64,000 bases of DNA from positions 60,326,001-60,390,000 of the forward strand of contig NC_042999.1 of the NCBI RefSeq assembly GCF_006345805.1, read 5' to 3'. The notes under the pieces are model-generated. The model was not told where the DNA came from, made no database searches, and saw only the letters and a list, made by a program, of their open reading frames with translations. This document shows, in pieces, positions 51,061 to 64,000 of this stretch. The translations under genes and the position numbers were made by a program. Positions within the stretch are counted from its first letter, which is position 1, and each line of letters starts with the position of its first letter. The DNA comes from Octopus sinensis (Eukaryota).

Positions 51061-52270
51061 ATCCATATGACACAATATTAAGAAAAAAATATGGAGGCTG
51101 TACAACTACAAAAAGACGCCTATACACTCTGTGAAAGAAAAAAAACCCAAAAAACAAACGGTGCAACTATATTCTCTTAGCCAGAATAAAGATACAATAA
51201 AACAAAAACCAACTAATATCAACCACACACGCGTATATTTCCTTATGTTAGCAACATCAAAGGAAAAGTAAATATATTAAGCAAATAAATATACAAATAA
51301 CTATGCTTACACGCTTGCCTTAGAGATATAATACAACACAAGAAATTCAGTTACAAAATCTAAATCATCATTTCGAAAATCTATGTCTATTAATAAAGTT
51401 ACAGAGATGAAATGAAGAAAACATTTTAGTTACAGAAAAAATATAAACGACAACAGATGAGTGTGTTTATACGCTCTAATGACATGATTTTCTCCAGTAC
51501 AACAAGTATGTACTTATACATACTTTCATCCATACATGCATACGTACATACAAGCATACATACACACACAAAAAATGAAATGATGAGAAACAGAAAATGG
51601 AATTCACGAAATATTTTTTTATTCAGAATCACTAAGATCGTTTCGACACATCATGCATCTTTACCTCACAGGTGAGGTGCTGTTCAATCAATTGTCATGC
51701 ATTATAGGTATAGATGCGTCTCCCCAGGTGACCTTTCAAAAATTACCTTGTCTTTTACTTGGCGTTTCGCTCATTTCAATACATTTTAGTTATAAGAATA
51801 CATTTTAGTTCGCGTAGCATTCCATCCGTCTCTATAATGAATTGAGACAGAATGAAAGAATTCTTTTCGTATACGCAATAAAACCATAAAAGAATGCAAT
51901 AAGGTATATACATACATATGTGTGTATATGCGTGTGTGAGTGTGTGTGTGTACACAATAATGCATACATATGTATGTATAATTTAGATTAATATATACTT
52001 ATAAATGCATAAATGTATGTATTAACCTAAACTATTTCTTCACACACTACAATACACATTCATATGCACACACATATAAATATAAATGCATACATGCACA
52101 CAGAAATATGAAACAGGCAGCATTGTTGTGGTATTCATACGTATGTATGTACCATAGGGTTGTATGACACTATATGAATACTTATCCCTGGCATTAAAAG
52201 AAGTCTGATATACACCTGGAAATATACTGACACCTGTGTTCCGTTGAACTGGAAATATTCACACATATAA

Positions 52271-52680
52271 AGGCGGGGAACTGGCGGAAACGTTAGCATG
52301 CTGGGCGAAATGCTTAGCAATACTTCGTCTACCGCTACGTTCTGAGTTCAAATTCCGCCGAGGTCGACTTTGCCTTTCATCCTTTCGGGGTCGATTAAAT
52401 AAGTACCAGTTACGTACTGGGGTCGATATAATCGACTTATTCCGTTTGTCTGTCCTTGTTGTCTGTCCTTGTTTGTCCTCTCTGTGCTTAGCCCCTCGTG
52501 GGTAGTAAAGAAATAGGTACTTCGTCTGCCGTTACGTTCTGAGTTCAAATTCCGCCGAGGTCGTCTTTGCCTTTCATCCTTTCGGGGTCGAAAAATTAAG
52601 TACCAGTTGCGTACTGAGGTCGATCTAATCGACTGGCCGCCTTCTCCAATATTCGGGCTTTGTGCCTAGATTAGAAAAGA
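52271..52680 (+). mobile_element. SINE-B head-body-tail-body-tail dimer
   Basis: First copy ends aaagaaatagg at ~52517 and is fused to tacttcgtctgccgttacg of a second body with a different tail (gggctttgtgcctagattagaaaagaat). Confidence 0.85.
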
Positions 52681-52872
52681 ATATTCACACCTTTAGCTTT
52701 ATCATTTCACCGACTGCTGGTATTGACCAAAATTCGTTTTACTCTTCACGCTCGACAAATAAGAATAGAATAAATGGAAGTGGATTTCAGAATTATTTCC
52801 TTTGTTTCACCGTGTAAACCACATGATCTTTTTTCTCCTTGTTTCAAGTTATCGTCCTCGGAATCACATTTA

Positions 52873-53276
52873 GGCATAGAAGTGGCTGTGTGGTAAGTAG
52901 CTTGCTTACGAACCACATGGTTCCGGGTTCTGTCCCACTGTATGGCACCTTCGGCAAGTGTCTTCTACTATAGCCTCTGGTCGACCAAAGCCTTGTGAGT
53001 GGATTTGGTAGACGGAAACTGAAAGAAGCCCGGCGTATATATGTATATATGCATATATATATATGTGTGTGTGTGTGTGTTTGTCCCCTAACATCGCTTG
53101 ACAACCGATGCTGGTGTGTTTACGTCCCCGTAACTTGGCGGTTCGGCAAAAGAGACCGATAGAATAAGTACTAGGCTTACAAAGAATATGTCCTGGGGTC
53201 GATTTGATCGACTAAAGGCGGTGCTCCAGCATGGCCACAGTCAAATGACTGAAACAAGTAAAAGAGTAAAAGAGTA
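52873..53276 (+). mobile_element. SINE family A, full length
   Basis: ggcatagaagtggctgtgtggtaagtag...gaaacaagtaaaagagtaaaagag. Confidence 0.9.
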
Positions 53277-53417
53277 AACTACTGGATTATTAAATATTTT
53301 GTAGTTGAGTACATATTTATTAAACTTCTACACATACACATACATACATACATACATACATACATACATACATACATACATACATACATACATACATACA
53401 TGCATACATACATGTAT

Positions 53418-53945
53418 ACGGTTGTGGATATTAGCTGTGAAGCGGATGTTAATATAAAGCTGAATATCAGTGAAAAAGAGAACACCTACTTTGAACTATT
53501 GACAAATCTGCAATCATTCTATCCAGATTACAAACCCAGGTTTATGCCTGTAATTATTGGTGCCTAGGGATATGTAACACACTGCTAAAATACCAATGTT
53601 GAGAAATTAAGCTTCTTAAAACCAGAAAGGAGAAAGCTAATTGGAAGACTACAGAGCTAATCCATCAGTGGAACTGTAAATATCTGTAAAATTTTTCCAG
53701 AGGTTTACCATTTAGTATGTTAGTATGCCTAGATATGTAAGTATATATATATATGTAAGTATATGCATGAGAATATGTGCATAAATGACAGAATACAAAT
53801 CTGTACATATACATACTACATATCAACAAAAATACCCTGTTGATGATGTTGACATTCCAATGAAAGAGCTTCAGATCTAGGCTAAGAACCGACTCTTCCT
53901 CTATTGACAAGGCATCGTGAAATAAGACAACAAGACTGGACAACG
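53418..53945 (+). mobile_element. R4/Dong-like (RLE) non-LTR retrotransposon 3' end
   Basis: VVDISCEADVNIKLNISEKENTYFELLTNLQSFYPDYKPRFMPVIIGA*GYV..ISGTVNICKIF, then a 3' UTR; flanked by (TACA)n and (TG/TA)n. Confidence 0.8.
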
Positions 53946-53965
53946 ACATACATATGCATTATGTA

Positions 53966-54050
<85 letters not shown>

Positions 54051-54053
<3 letters not shown>

Positions 54054-54794
54054 GTTTTTGGATTTGGTTTGCAATACTATTGAAAAGGTTGCCAGGCGCA
54101 ACGAAAATTTTAGGAAAATAAAAATAAGAAATAAGTGGAAATTTTACCGGTCAGTATGTTACATTATAAGGCACAAAAAGAAAATGACTCTACCCAGACA
54201 CAACAGTATATATATATATATAAATATATATGTATATATATATGTATATATATATGTATATATTCACATATATACAGTGTGTGTGTGTCTTCCATCCAGA
54301 TAAAGATCGGTGAATATTCGGTCCCCTTCGAAGGAAATCATTGCATGAGATTCAGTGTGTTCTCTTGTGACTATCACAATTGCAAAACGCTTGACCGGTT
54401 TGAAACATGAAATTTGTGGCTAAACAGGATTATTTCTCGATACAATTTCGTGCGATCGACATCGTGTTACTTAGAAAGGTTGAATACGTGATTTCTTAAT
54501 TCGATATATATGAGCCTTTCGCCAAACATCGCGAAATTATTGCCTTTAAGTTAATCAATATGAAGTCTTAATAACATAAGGTCTGCGTAGTCTGTTTCAA
54601 GAGCGGTAATGACGTGTTGTTAAGGCAGTTTTAAAGTGTTTTCTGTCAGGTTAAATGTGATGTGGTATCCTAACTGACATTTGCTTTTCATTTGGCAAAC
54701 TATCACAGAGTGCAGCAATGCAAAAGTTATCTTTCTTTCAGCCGCAGTCATTATCCCACTGGCCATAGTTTCTAATAACTGTCCTACAAAGACA

Positions 54795-54864
<70 letters not shown>

Positions 54865-55602
54865 GTTTTTGGATTTGGTTTGCAATACTATTGAAAAGGT
54901 TGCCAGGCGCAACGAAAATTTTAGGAAAATAAAAATAAGAAATAAGTGGAAATTTTACCGGTCAGTATGTTACATTATAAGGCACAAAAAGAAAATGACT
55001 CTACCAGACACAACAGTATATATATATATATAAATATATATGTATATATATATGTATATATATATGTATATATTCACATATATACAGTGTGTGTGTGTCT
55101 TCCATCCAGATAAAGATCGGTGAATATTCGGTCCCCTTCGAAGGAAATCATTGCATGAGATTCAGTGTGTTCTCTTGTGACTATCACAATTGCAAAACGC
55201 TTGACCGGTTTGAAACATGAAATTTGTGGCTAAACAGGATTATTTCTCGATACAATTTCGTGCGATCGACATCGTGTTACTTAGAAAGGTTGAATACGTG
55301 ATTTCTTAATTCGATATATATTGAGCCTTTCGCCAAACATCGCGAAATTATTGCCTTTAAGTTAATCAATATGAAGTCTTAATAACATAAGGTCTGCGTA
55401 GTCTGTTTCAAGAGCGGTAATGCCGTGTTGTTAAGGCAGTTTTAAAGTGTTTTCTGTCAGGTTAAATGTGATGTGGTATCCTAACTGACATTTGCTTTTC
55501 ATTTGGCAAACTATCACAGAGTGCAGCAATGCAAAAGTTATCTTTCTTTCAGCCGCAGTCATTATCCCACTGGCCATAGTTTCTAATAACTGTCCTACAA
55601 AG

Positions 55603-55606
<4 letters not shown>
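54051..55606. repeat. 811-bp tandem duplication bounded by (TA)n
   Basis: 54051-54795 vs 54862-55606; only two 1-bp indels and one substitution seen. Confidence 0.93.
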
Positions 55607-55648
<42 letters not shown>

Positions 55649-55949
55649 CTGCAGCTTCTCACACGGTAAAGCCAACATCATAAAGGTACACGATGCAAGA
55701 ATGCTGCTTTGACATCAGCAGAGAATAGGACCAACTTGATATTGCCTCAGAGAAAAGATTGACATATTTGATAATTAAAAGCGGTGTATGAAACACCATT
55801 AGACTTCACAGTCCAGTGTCATTCCTCATCGCTCTACTTCTCTTCAATCCATAACCATCGTTGTCGTCGTCATCCTCCTCCTCTTCCTCCACCACCACCA
55901 CCACCACCACCACCTCCAACAACAACAACAGATAAATAGATACACACAC

Positions 55950-56001
<52 letters not shown>

Positions 56002-56447
56002 TGTTTTTTATTCACCTAACTTCAAGCTGCGCGGACAATACCAGACTGACTTGAAAATAAACAACTTCAATCTATGTTCTCTGCTTTGCTCGTTTATATT
56101 GCATAACACGAATATCTTTTCCACAAGGATCTACCTCTCCGAAAAACTTTCCTGTTTCTCTCTCAAGACAGCAACAAACTCTCTCTTTAATCCATTTAGC
56201 AAGACACTGCAAACACATTCCTTGGCACGGGTTACAGTGCAACGCAACACCAATTGTTACAGTCAGCCATATTACCATTTCTTTACGAGTGGAACCGCCA
56301 TTACATGCCTCCAATCTTCTGGTAATTCCTACTGTCAGATATTGTATAAATGCTTTCCTGCCAAGCTTCCAGCAGTTGGACAGGTTTCTCATCCATTGTA
56401 GCTGCTTTGTTCTCGACCTGCAATTTACTTTGTTTAATTTTAGTAAG

Positions 56448-56490
56448 CACTAGCACAATGAACCGGCAACACCGGGTTATAGTGCTAGTG
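56448..56490. other. Hairpin resembling a Helitron 3' terminus
   Basis: cactagcac-aatg-aaccggcaacaccgggtt-ata-gtgctagtg; GC hairpin a few nucleotides upstream of CTAG-T. Confidence 0.35.
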
Positions 56491-57681
56491 CATGCATATA
56501 CAGCTGCGTGCGTGCGCACATACAGGCGAGTACTGTCCAAATCTCCGATCAATCACATACAGCTAGCTGGAATTCAATTGGCGTATCAAGTTTCGGGCAT
56601 TTTGATTGGGTTTTGGATAGAAAATTCACAAAAAAGTCACTTCTATTGATTTTTTAATGGCTTTGCGGGGTGACTGGGGACATGTAAAGATGTGCACGAC
56701 CACCCTTGGACGGTTTTAAATGACCATAGAAAGTGCGAGCCCACTAAGTAAAAAATTGTGGATTTGTATAAAGGACATACACACGGATATTTTGCCGTTT
56801 ATATATATAGAGATTTTATTCCGTGAGGAGTGGAACAACATGGAATTAAAGGCCTTGCTCAAGGACATAAAGTATTCTCCCGTCTGGAAATTGAACTCAT
56901 GACTTTTACTTACTGCTATAGCAACTAAGCAACGCGTCGCCTTCTCATACATACGTAAACACACGTATGAAGAAGACAAAGGAGGGAGTGCAGAGATTAA
57001 AGTAGTAATGGAGAAACCGTGAGACAAGGAGAAAGACAAATATAAAAATTATAAACATATTCTTTAAAAAGTCGTCAATACATATCGTCACATGGATCAG
57101 TAATTAGATATATGTCATAAGTATCGAGCTAATAAAATATCATTAATTTAATTTTGTTTTATTATTAAATATATAATTGAAACCAATTTCCTGCCTTCGC
57201 AGACACGAAGAATTTTTTTTGTTTTTTTTTTTTGGAATAATAAGAACAAGCACAATGACCTACTAGCAGGCGAACAGAATATTTTCTTGTTTCGAATTGA
57301 AATACTTTTTTTTCTCAATTATTTTAACAAACCATTATTTAATAAAGAAAATGTATATCAGTTTTCGAAATTTTCTAAGTTCTTGTCTGCTTTAACACCT
57401 TTTTCGTTTTGGTTTACTATCTCTGCTACGCTTGTTCCCACCTCGCTTATTCGGATTGCTACTTTTATAGTCTTTGCTTTTTTTTTAACTGCCTTTTGTT
57501 TATATCTCATTCAATTACATTCCCTCATATTTCTTTTTACTTTACTCTGCACTTTATATTTTCAATTTAATTTTTATATAGTTAAGTATCACTCGCTTTC
57601 TTTGTCATATAACTTCCTCATTAGATCTCTCTCTCTCTTCCCCATTTCTCACCTTCTCTCACTCTCTCCTATTTCTCGCCA

Positions 57682-57712
<31 letters not shown>

Positions 57713-58034
57713 GTATTTCCTCTCGTGTTATCTTCTACTTCTGTTCCTCCTTCGATTTTTCAGTTATATTTTTATCAAGATTTTCTCGAGTAGAAGACAC
57801 ATGAAGATGTGTCATATGATGTGTATCCTTGTTTCCATTTTAATTGCTTGCATATTCTTATAGCGTTTCTCCACAATAACTCTATAAATTTTGGTAAGCA
57901 CTTCTAATTTGTTCAGTTATATTAAATTCTACATTTTAAATTGAGATATTTCAGAAAGTGAAGAATATTAGAAATTGGTAAACTTTTTTTTAGTCTGCTG
58001 CAAAGTTTTCTTTTATATTTCCTAAGATATTATT

Positions 58035-58200
58035 GGGCGGGGTCGCGTCGCTTAGTGGTTAGGGTGTCAGCATAATGATCGTAAGATTGTGGTTTCGATT
58101 CCTGGACCGGGCGACGCGTTGTGTTCTTGAGCAAAACACTTCATTTCATGTTGCTCCAGTCCACTCAGCTGGCAAAAATGAGTAACGCTGCGATGGATTG
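58035..58200 (+). mobile_element. tRNA-headed SINE 5' part (family E related)
   Basis: cttagtggttagggtgtc..ggtttcgattcctggacc..gttcttgagcaaaacact..gctccagtccactcagctggcaaaaatgagt. Confidence 0.75.
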
Positions 58201-58534
58201 CTGTCTCCAATGAAGTATATCTGATCAGAAACCTTTTACTTACTTCTTTGAATTACCTCAGGATATAACATTGAATATAGTACAAAAGTATTATTCATTA
58301 TTTATATATAACTTCATATGTGTTAAATTAATAAAATATGTTGAATAGTAATTCCCGATACTTTACGAATTTGATATGACCAAACACACATATAAATCTA
58401 TTTATTGCAGAAATGATCGATGCGTCAATTTATAATTAAAACAATAACCCTAAAGACCTTGTCATTTTTAATCTAGACCTTAACTGTATCACAATTTTTA
58501 GTGCTCTAAAGAAGGAAAATATGTATTGGATTTA

Positions 58535-59036
58535 CAGTGATCCCTCGTTTATCGCAGTAGATTGGTTCCGAGACCGGCCGCGATAACTGAATTTCCGCGA
58601 AGTAGGGACACCATATTTACAGTACTTATTTAACGTGTATTTGGACTTTTAAACTCCACCCCTTGTACTGTTAACATCCCACCCATTACAGCAGTCTATT
58701 TATAACAAGGACAACTGTGAAGCAATAACACTTTAGATTTTTAAAAATAAAGATTGTTACAATTACACAGGGCAGATTACAAAATAGAAAGCTGCGATTC
58801 GTCGTCTCTCCCCATTGCACCAACCACAGCCCGTCGTAAGTTCAAATACTCCAGTAAATGCTTTTTTGCTATTTTACGCTTGTTTTGTTGTTACTAGACT
58901 AGGAAATGATATTTATTATTAATATTTTAATGGATTTAATGAAAAATTTTAGGCATTCATATATATATATATATTTTAAAAATCACGAAGTCGTGAATCC
59001 GCGATAGTTGAACCGCGAAGTAGCGAGGGATCACTG
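58535..59036. mobile_element. Tigger/pogo-like MITE
   Basis: TA-cagtgatccctcg...cgagggatcactg-TA; 13-bp perfect TIR extending imperfectly; 502 bp; no ORF. Confidence 0.9.
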
Positions 59037-59834
59037 TATTTATGTTTTTGAAGTCGTTAAACGTTACAAACAAAACGGGCGAGTTAAAACATCGTAAATT
59101 CAAGTTATAAAATTCACAGGGGTTGCTGAGTTGGAAAACGTTCTCTCTCTCTGATGGAACCATGTGGAACCTGCCAGAGTAATGAAAAAAGGAGAAAAAC
59201 GAAGGACATAACTTTAGAGCAATTGTACCATGGCTGGATCGGCATTTTGGAGGTGAAGAACAAAACTCTTTGACTCTGTCTTCCCAGATTGCAACACAAA
59301 AGCCACCACATTTTTCTCGAACAATTAATGATAGATGCGCAAGCAGCAGAAACTATACACTAACGTTTTTGTATATTGAAATTGTTGTCTGCATATAACT
59401 TACCTAATTAAACCTAGAAGTCGTATAACTCAACTTGACATTTTCATATATTGAAAAAGCTGTATGTCTACACCTTATCTGATTAAAACTACATAAATAT
59501 ACTCAAATTTAATATTCTTCGTTTGTAACTCATTAAAATTTTATGTCTTATCTCAGGTTGATGTACAGATAAATTTGATTGGTTTTGTATTACAGGAAGA
59601 TTTCACACCAAATTTTAAAATATATTTTTCCTCAAAAGTGGCCTTGTGTAGTTATGTCTTCAGTTTATTAGCAACGGTATCAAGAAACAGATCACATTTC
59701 GAAATAAATTTTCAAGCTATTTTATATGACTTCAATATTATATGTACCGATTGTAAACGTAAACTTATCTATAAGGTATGAAGCAATGAAAAGACCTCTG
59801 TGCGTTTGCTATAGGTGTTAGTAATAATAACTTC

Positions 59835-60020
59835 GAATTTTGGCACAAGGCCAGCACATTTTTAAGGGGCGGATAAATCGGCCGTTCTACTTACTAATTT
59901 TATCGTCATCAAAATGATGAAATGCAAAGTCGACCACGGCGAAATTTGAACTGAGAACGTAAAGACGGAGAAAAAGCTGTTGAGTATTTTGTTCAACGTG
60001 CTAACGGTTCTGCGAGCTCA
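59835..60020 (-). mobile_element. Degenerate SINE family B (ttggcacaaggcc tail)
   Basis: tttggcacaaggccagc..gatgaaatgcaaagtcgaccacggcgaaatttgaactgagaacgtaaagacg. Confidence 0.7.
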
Positions 60021-60954
60021 CCTATATCAATAACCAAGCTCTTTAAAATCTCATCCAACCATTTTAAAATAAGAAGTAAAACAAAACTAAATAACGTAGC
60101 TGTATATATACCACGTCTTAAAAATAACGTTAGGTGAGATGATCACAGTTTGAAAGTCGGTATATTAAGGTGTTCTTGATCAGACCTAATACAGTGATAA
60201 AATACAATACCTAGAACAATTAAAACGGCTAATTAATGAAGGATCGTATTTATAGTCTTTCTTCATACAAGAAGTAGCTGCTAAATTTCTCTCATAAAAC
60301 GCATCACCACTTTTAACAAGTAGAGAAAATATTTCGATAGGTTATGTCTATTACGTGTGAACTAGGCACAGTCGTGGCCAAAGCGTCTTTGATCATATGA
60401 TTGCTGAATCAAAACTACCCTGATTCAGAATTGAGCCAAAGAAAGAACATTTATCTGGTTACTTCAGAGTCATAAAAATAGTTGCCAAATATTTCTCGAA
60501 TGAGACTTTATCATTTTAAATACGTATGAATAGCATAGCCTTAGAGGGATTCTCACGGACTGAGTTATTTTTTAGAATAGGTCTGATCACTCAAGCTAAA
60601 CTACGTCTTAACTTCTACACTCGCGAATCAACAAATTAGTTTTTTTAAAAATTTATTTGCACGATCTAATAGCAAAAGTAGTCACGTTTCCCTCAAGTTA
60701 TATTCAAACGCCGAAACAAAATAGAGAAGGCAGTTGGTTTATACCATCCTTGTTGAAGCATGTCAGGAAAAAAAAATTATGAAATCACAAAGGGTGAAGG
60801 AACATTCACAATAGGGTTTCAACCAGCAGTGCTGATTTGGGGGTTCAACAATGAACGCAATAACAATAACAACAAAGCGACAACAATATGAATAACAACA
60901 ATAGAACCAAAACTAAACAACGGAGGTAAACAGCAGTAACAGCCCTTGTAATAC

Positions 60955-61150
60955 TGGTTTCAAATATTGGCACATGGTCAGCGTTAAGTCGATTACATCG
61001 ACCGAAGAACGACAACTAGTACTTATTTTAACGATCACCAAGAAGTAGAAAGGCAAAGTGGATCTCGGTAGAATTTGAACTCAGAACGTGAAACCGGACA
61101 AAATGCCGCTAAGCGTTTTGCACGGCAAGCTAACGATTTTGCCAGCCCAC
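60955..61150 (-). mobile_element. Degenerate SINE family B
   Basis: ggtttcaaatattggcaca..gaaaggcaaagtggatctcggtagaatttgaactcagaacg..gctaacgattttgccagc. Confidence 0.7.
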
Positions 61151-61180
61151 CGCATTAAACTATTCTAATATTTAAAGTGT

Positions 61181-61470
61181 GGAGGCACATGTCCTAGTGG
61201 TTAGAGCAGTGGACTCGCGGTCGAGGGATCACGGGGTCGAATCTCAGACCGAGCGATGTGTATGCTTATGAGCGAAACACCTAAGCTCCACGCAGCTCCG
61301 GCAGAAGGTAATTGCGAACTTCTGCTGACTCTTTCGCCACAACTTTCTCTCACTCTTTCCTCCTGCATCTTGCAGCTCACCTGCGACGGACGGCGTCCCG
61401 TTCAGGTGGGGAACCTATACGCCAAGAAAACCAGGAAACCGGCTCTATGAGCCAGATGTGGCTCGAGAAG
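61181..61470 (+). mobile_element. tRNA-headed SINE (family D head, V-like 3' part)
   Basis: ggaggcacatgtcctagtggttagagcagtggactcgcggtcg..gcgacggacggcgtcccgttcaggtgggga. Confidence 0.78.
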
Positions 61471-61499
61471 GAACAAACAACAATATTTACAGTAGCTAA

Positions 61500-61720
61500 G
61501 GCGATGAAGTGACAGAATTGTAAGCACGCTGAGCCAAATGCTTAGCGGCGTTTCGTCCGTGTTTACGTTTTGAGTTCAATCTCTGCCGAGGTCGACTTTG
61601 CTTTCGTACTTTCACGCTGGATAAAATAACTACCACTTCAGCACTGGGTTCCATGTTATGGACTAACCAACTCCCCCGCAAATGCTGGTCTTGTGCCAAA
61701 ATTTAAAACCAATATTTATA
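61500..61720 (+). mobile_element. Degenerate SINE family B with (aat)-type tail
   Basis: gcttagcggcgtttcgtcc..gagttcaatctctgccgaggtcgactttgc..gctggtcttgtgccaaaatttaaaaccaat. Confidence 0.7.
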
Positions 61721-61729
61721 GTAGCTACA

Positions 61730-62090
61730 ATGATAATACTAATAACATCAATAACAACAACACCATCAACAACAACAGCAGGAGGAAATGTTTTAAGAAC
61801 AGCAACAGCGGCAACTGCAACAATAACACAAGCACTACTACCATCAATGCAAAAAAGAAATCAGGAACAATACAACAACAACAACAACAATGACAATTGA
61901 CAGAACATCAAGAAGATCTGCAGCAAAAAAGCTATCGTTACTAAAACCAACACAAACAACTACACAACATGCAGTAACAAAATTTACAATAATGACTGCA
62001 GCAACGGGAACAACACCAACAACGACACCACCAACAACAATAGCTGTAACAGCAGGTCTATAACAACAACAGCAATAGTGAGAGTTAACT
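61730..62090. repeat. Degenerate (CAA/AAC)n low-complexity tract
   Basis: Interrupted aacaacaac repeats; source of the poly-N, poly-Q and poly-T ORFs. Confidence 0.8.
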
Positions 62091-62443
62091 ATTGATAATT
62101 CAAGAAAAACAAAGTAAGTGGAATCAAAATAGAAATCTAAGAGATAAATCATACACCCGTATAATTTTTTTTTAATCCTTTGAATTTTGTCTATTTCGTT
62201 TTCCTTCAAGATTTTTATTTATCTCTTTTTAAGTTATTTAAATTTATCTTTTTAAATCCGAATACGTATATTTTTTTGCTTCGTTATCAGTTTTTCTGTG
62301 TTTAATTTACTTTAAATTTATTCAATTTAGTTCATATTCTTTCATTATCATTATGTGTCAATTCATTTTTCAAAGTTTCTTTTTTTCTTCTGATACATAT
62401 ATACATTCATTCAGGCATACATACATACAACACATGCATACAC

Positions 62444-62557
<114 letters not shown>

Positions 62558-62928
62558 GTGTGTGTGTGTGTGTGTGTGTGTGTCTATATGTCTGTGTGTA
62601 CAATTTAATTATAAATTAAGTTTTCATGGTTTCATTTAGAAATTTCTTTAAATTCATTATCTGAATTCCATTTTACACTGAATTTTATTCTATTTTACTT
62701 TGTATTCAAAATTTTTCTGAAGTTATTCTTTTTCTTGTATAAGGAATGTTCTAAAATGTTGCATAGTATAAATCATTGCCTTTTTGATTGCCATTTTCTC
62801 TTCCAATTTCTTATTCATGCCTTTGTATCTTATTATTGTCGACAGTCAAATTAAGTACGTCTGCATCATTAATGTAATGCCAAATTATACATGTATCTAA
62901 GTATGTATACATGTATCCATTACGTATG

Positions 62929-63036
<108 letters not shown>

Positions 63037-63064
63037 CATGTATATATGTATATGTAAAAAAAAA

Positions 63065-63270
63065 TACATATTGGGACAAGAACGCAAAACATTTAGAAGA
63101 CGATACAAAAAACAGGGACTTGACATTCGAAGCCTTCAATCTTCAGCCAAGAACCGGATCATCTTCGCAGTTTCGGCTGATTAATCTTGAGATTGCTCCG
63201 ACCTGGCCAGCCCCAAAGGAAAATCTAAGCCAAGCGCATTAGATTCCTTGGAAGAAAGCCTCGAATGTAT
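63065..63270. mobile_element. Interspersed repeat terminus, possibly PLE-derived
   Basis: gacaagaacgcaaaaca..cattcgaagccttcaatcttcagccaagaaccggatcatcttcgcagtttcggctgattaatcttgagattgctcc next to a TA/TG microsatellite; recognised from memory only. Confidence 0.35.
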
Positions 63271-63887
63271 ACAATACAAGGACGGGAAAACGGACGATGT
63301 TACACGAATAAGAATACAAAAATATGTAAAAACAATAATGATAACACGAATAAGAATACGAAAATACGTAAAAACAAAAATGATAATAATAATAACAAAA
63401 ACAGGACGTCACGGAGAGGCGTCTTTTCGACAGGACGAGTGAACTTTGAGCTGGCGCATTAGAAAAATGCTTTGGGGCAAAGAGAGAAAAAATGTATCTT
63501 GCTGCTACGGCTGCTAACCACAAAATGGCCAGCTGTCGGTCAGTTAGTCACGTGTGAGGAGAAGAGAGAGGAAAAGAGGGACAGATGAAGAGAGAAAAAA
63601 GGGGAATGTGTGTGTGTGTATGTGTGTGTGTGTTCATTAAAATTGTGTGAGTCCTTTTACAAAGCCATGGTGCGTTTAGCGAATCTCTATGACTAAGGAA
63701 ATATTTTGCGCGTTCCATTTGAAATTATATCGACGTAAAAATACCGATTAATTTAAGACATATGCAACACACAAAAATTCGGGATGATTTTCTGCCTTTG
63801 TTATAAGAGGTTTATTTCAACTACGTAATGGTTATTAAAGGTTATATACATATATGTACATGCGTACATATATATATACATACATGC

Positions 63888-64000
63888 ATATATGGGTACA
63901 AGTCGTCAAGAAACGTGAACCAAATTGAAAACGAGAACATAAAAAACAAAAACATGGAAAACGAACTTTGTTTTCGAACAACGAAAGAAACAAATAGAAA
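63888..64000. mobile_element. Family F repeat terminus, copy 2 (runs off the window)
   Basis: Homologous to 3457-3560. Confidence 0.45.

Noticed and set aside
57287-57793. 168-aa Phe/Leu-rich ORF resembling a membrane protein
   Set aside because: TTG start, T-rich low complexity running into a (CT)n tract
61682-62209. Poly-N, poly-Q and poly-T ORFs
   Set aside because: Degenerate (CAA)n tract with no splice or coding context
63120-63200. Minus-strand CTGAAGA in a possible PLE terminus
   Set aside because: Followed by GAAT rather than GAAA, and the helices could not be closed convincingly

Overview
AT-rich eukaryotic DNA dominated by microsatellites and interspersed repeats. The SINE families, MITEs and RTE tails look like coleoid cephalopod (Octopus-type) repeats; this is an inference from repeat recognition, not a search. 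I can support no intact host gene, tRNA, rRNA or CRISPR array, and most ORFs in the track are microsatellite translations. Supported content: about 25 tRNA-headed SINE copies of several families; a full-length decayed DD34D mariner; Tc1 and maT-like deletion derivatives; two TIR MITEs; two RTE 3' ends; an R4/Dong-like RLE 3' end; two Penelope-like elements (PLEs) with RT and GIY-YIG, one open for about 385 codons and one with an inverted 5' segment; a 190-bp foldback; an 811-bp tandem duplication; and an exact 188-bp local duplication at a PLE 5' junction. Two less obvious signals stand out. (1) Five minimal type-I hammerhead-ribozyme-like motifs from four unrelated families, all with non-canonical cores and all in elements abutting (TA)n; one lies in an ORF-less, hairpin-rich orphan element of about 235 bp. 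(2) Several stretches of apparently unique DNA that, translated by eye across frameshifts, give LRR, LRR-CT and TIR-like motifs in collinear order, suggesting a cluster of decayed Toll-like receptor genes. The TLR reading is inference and needs a frameshift-aware profile search.
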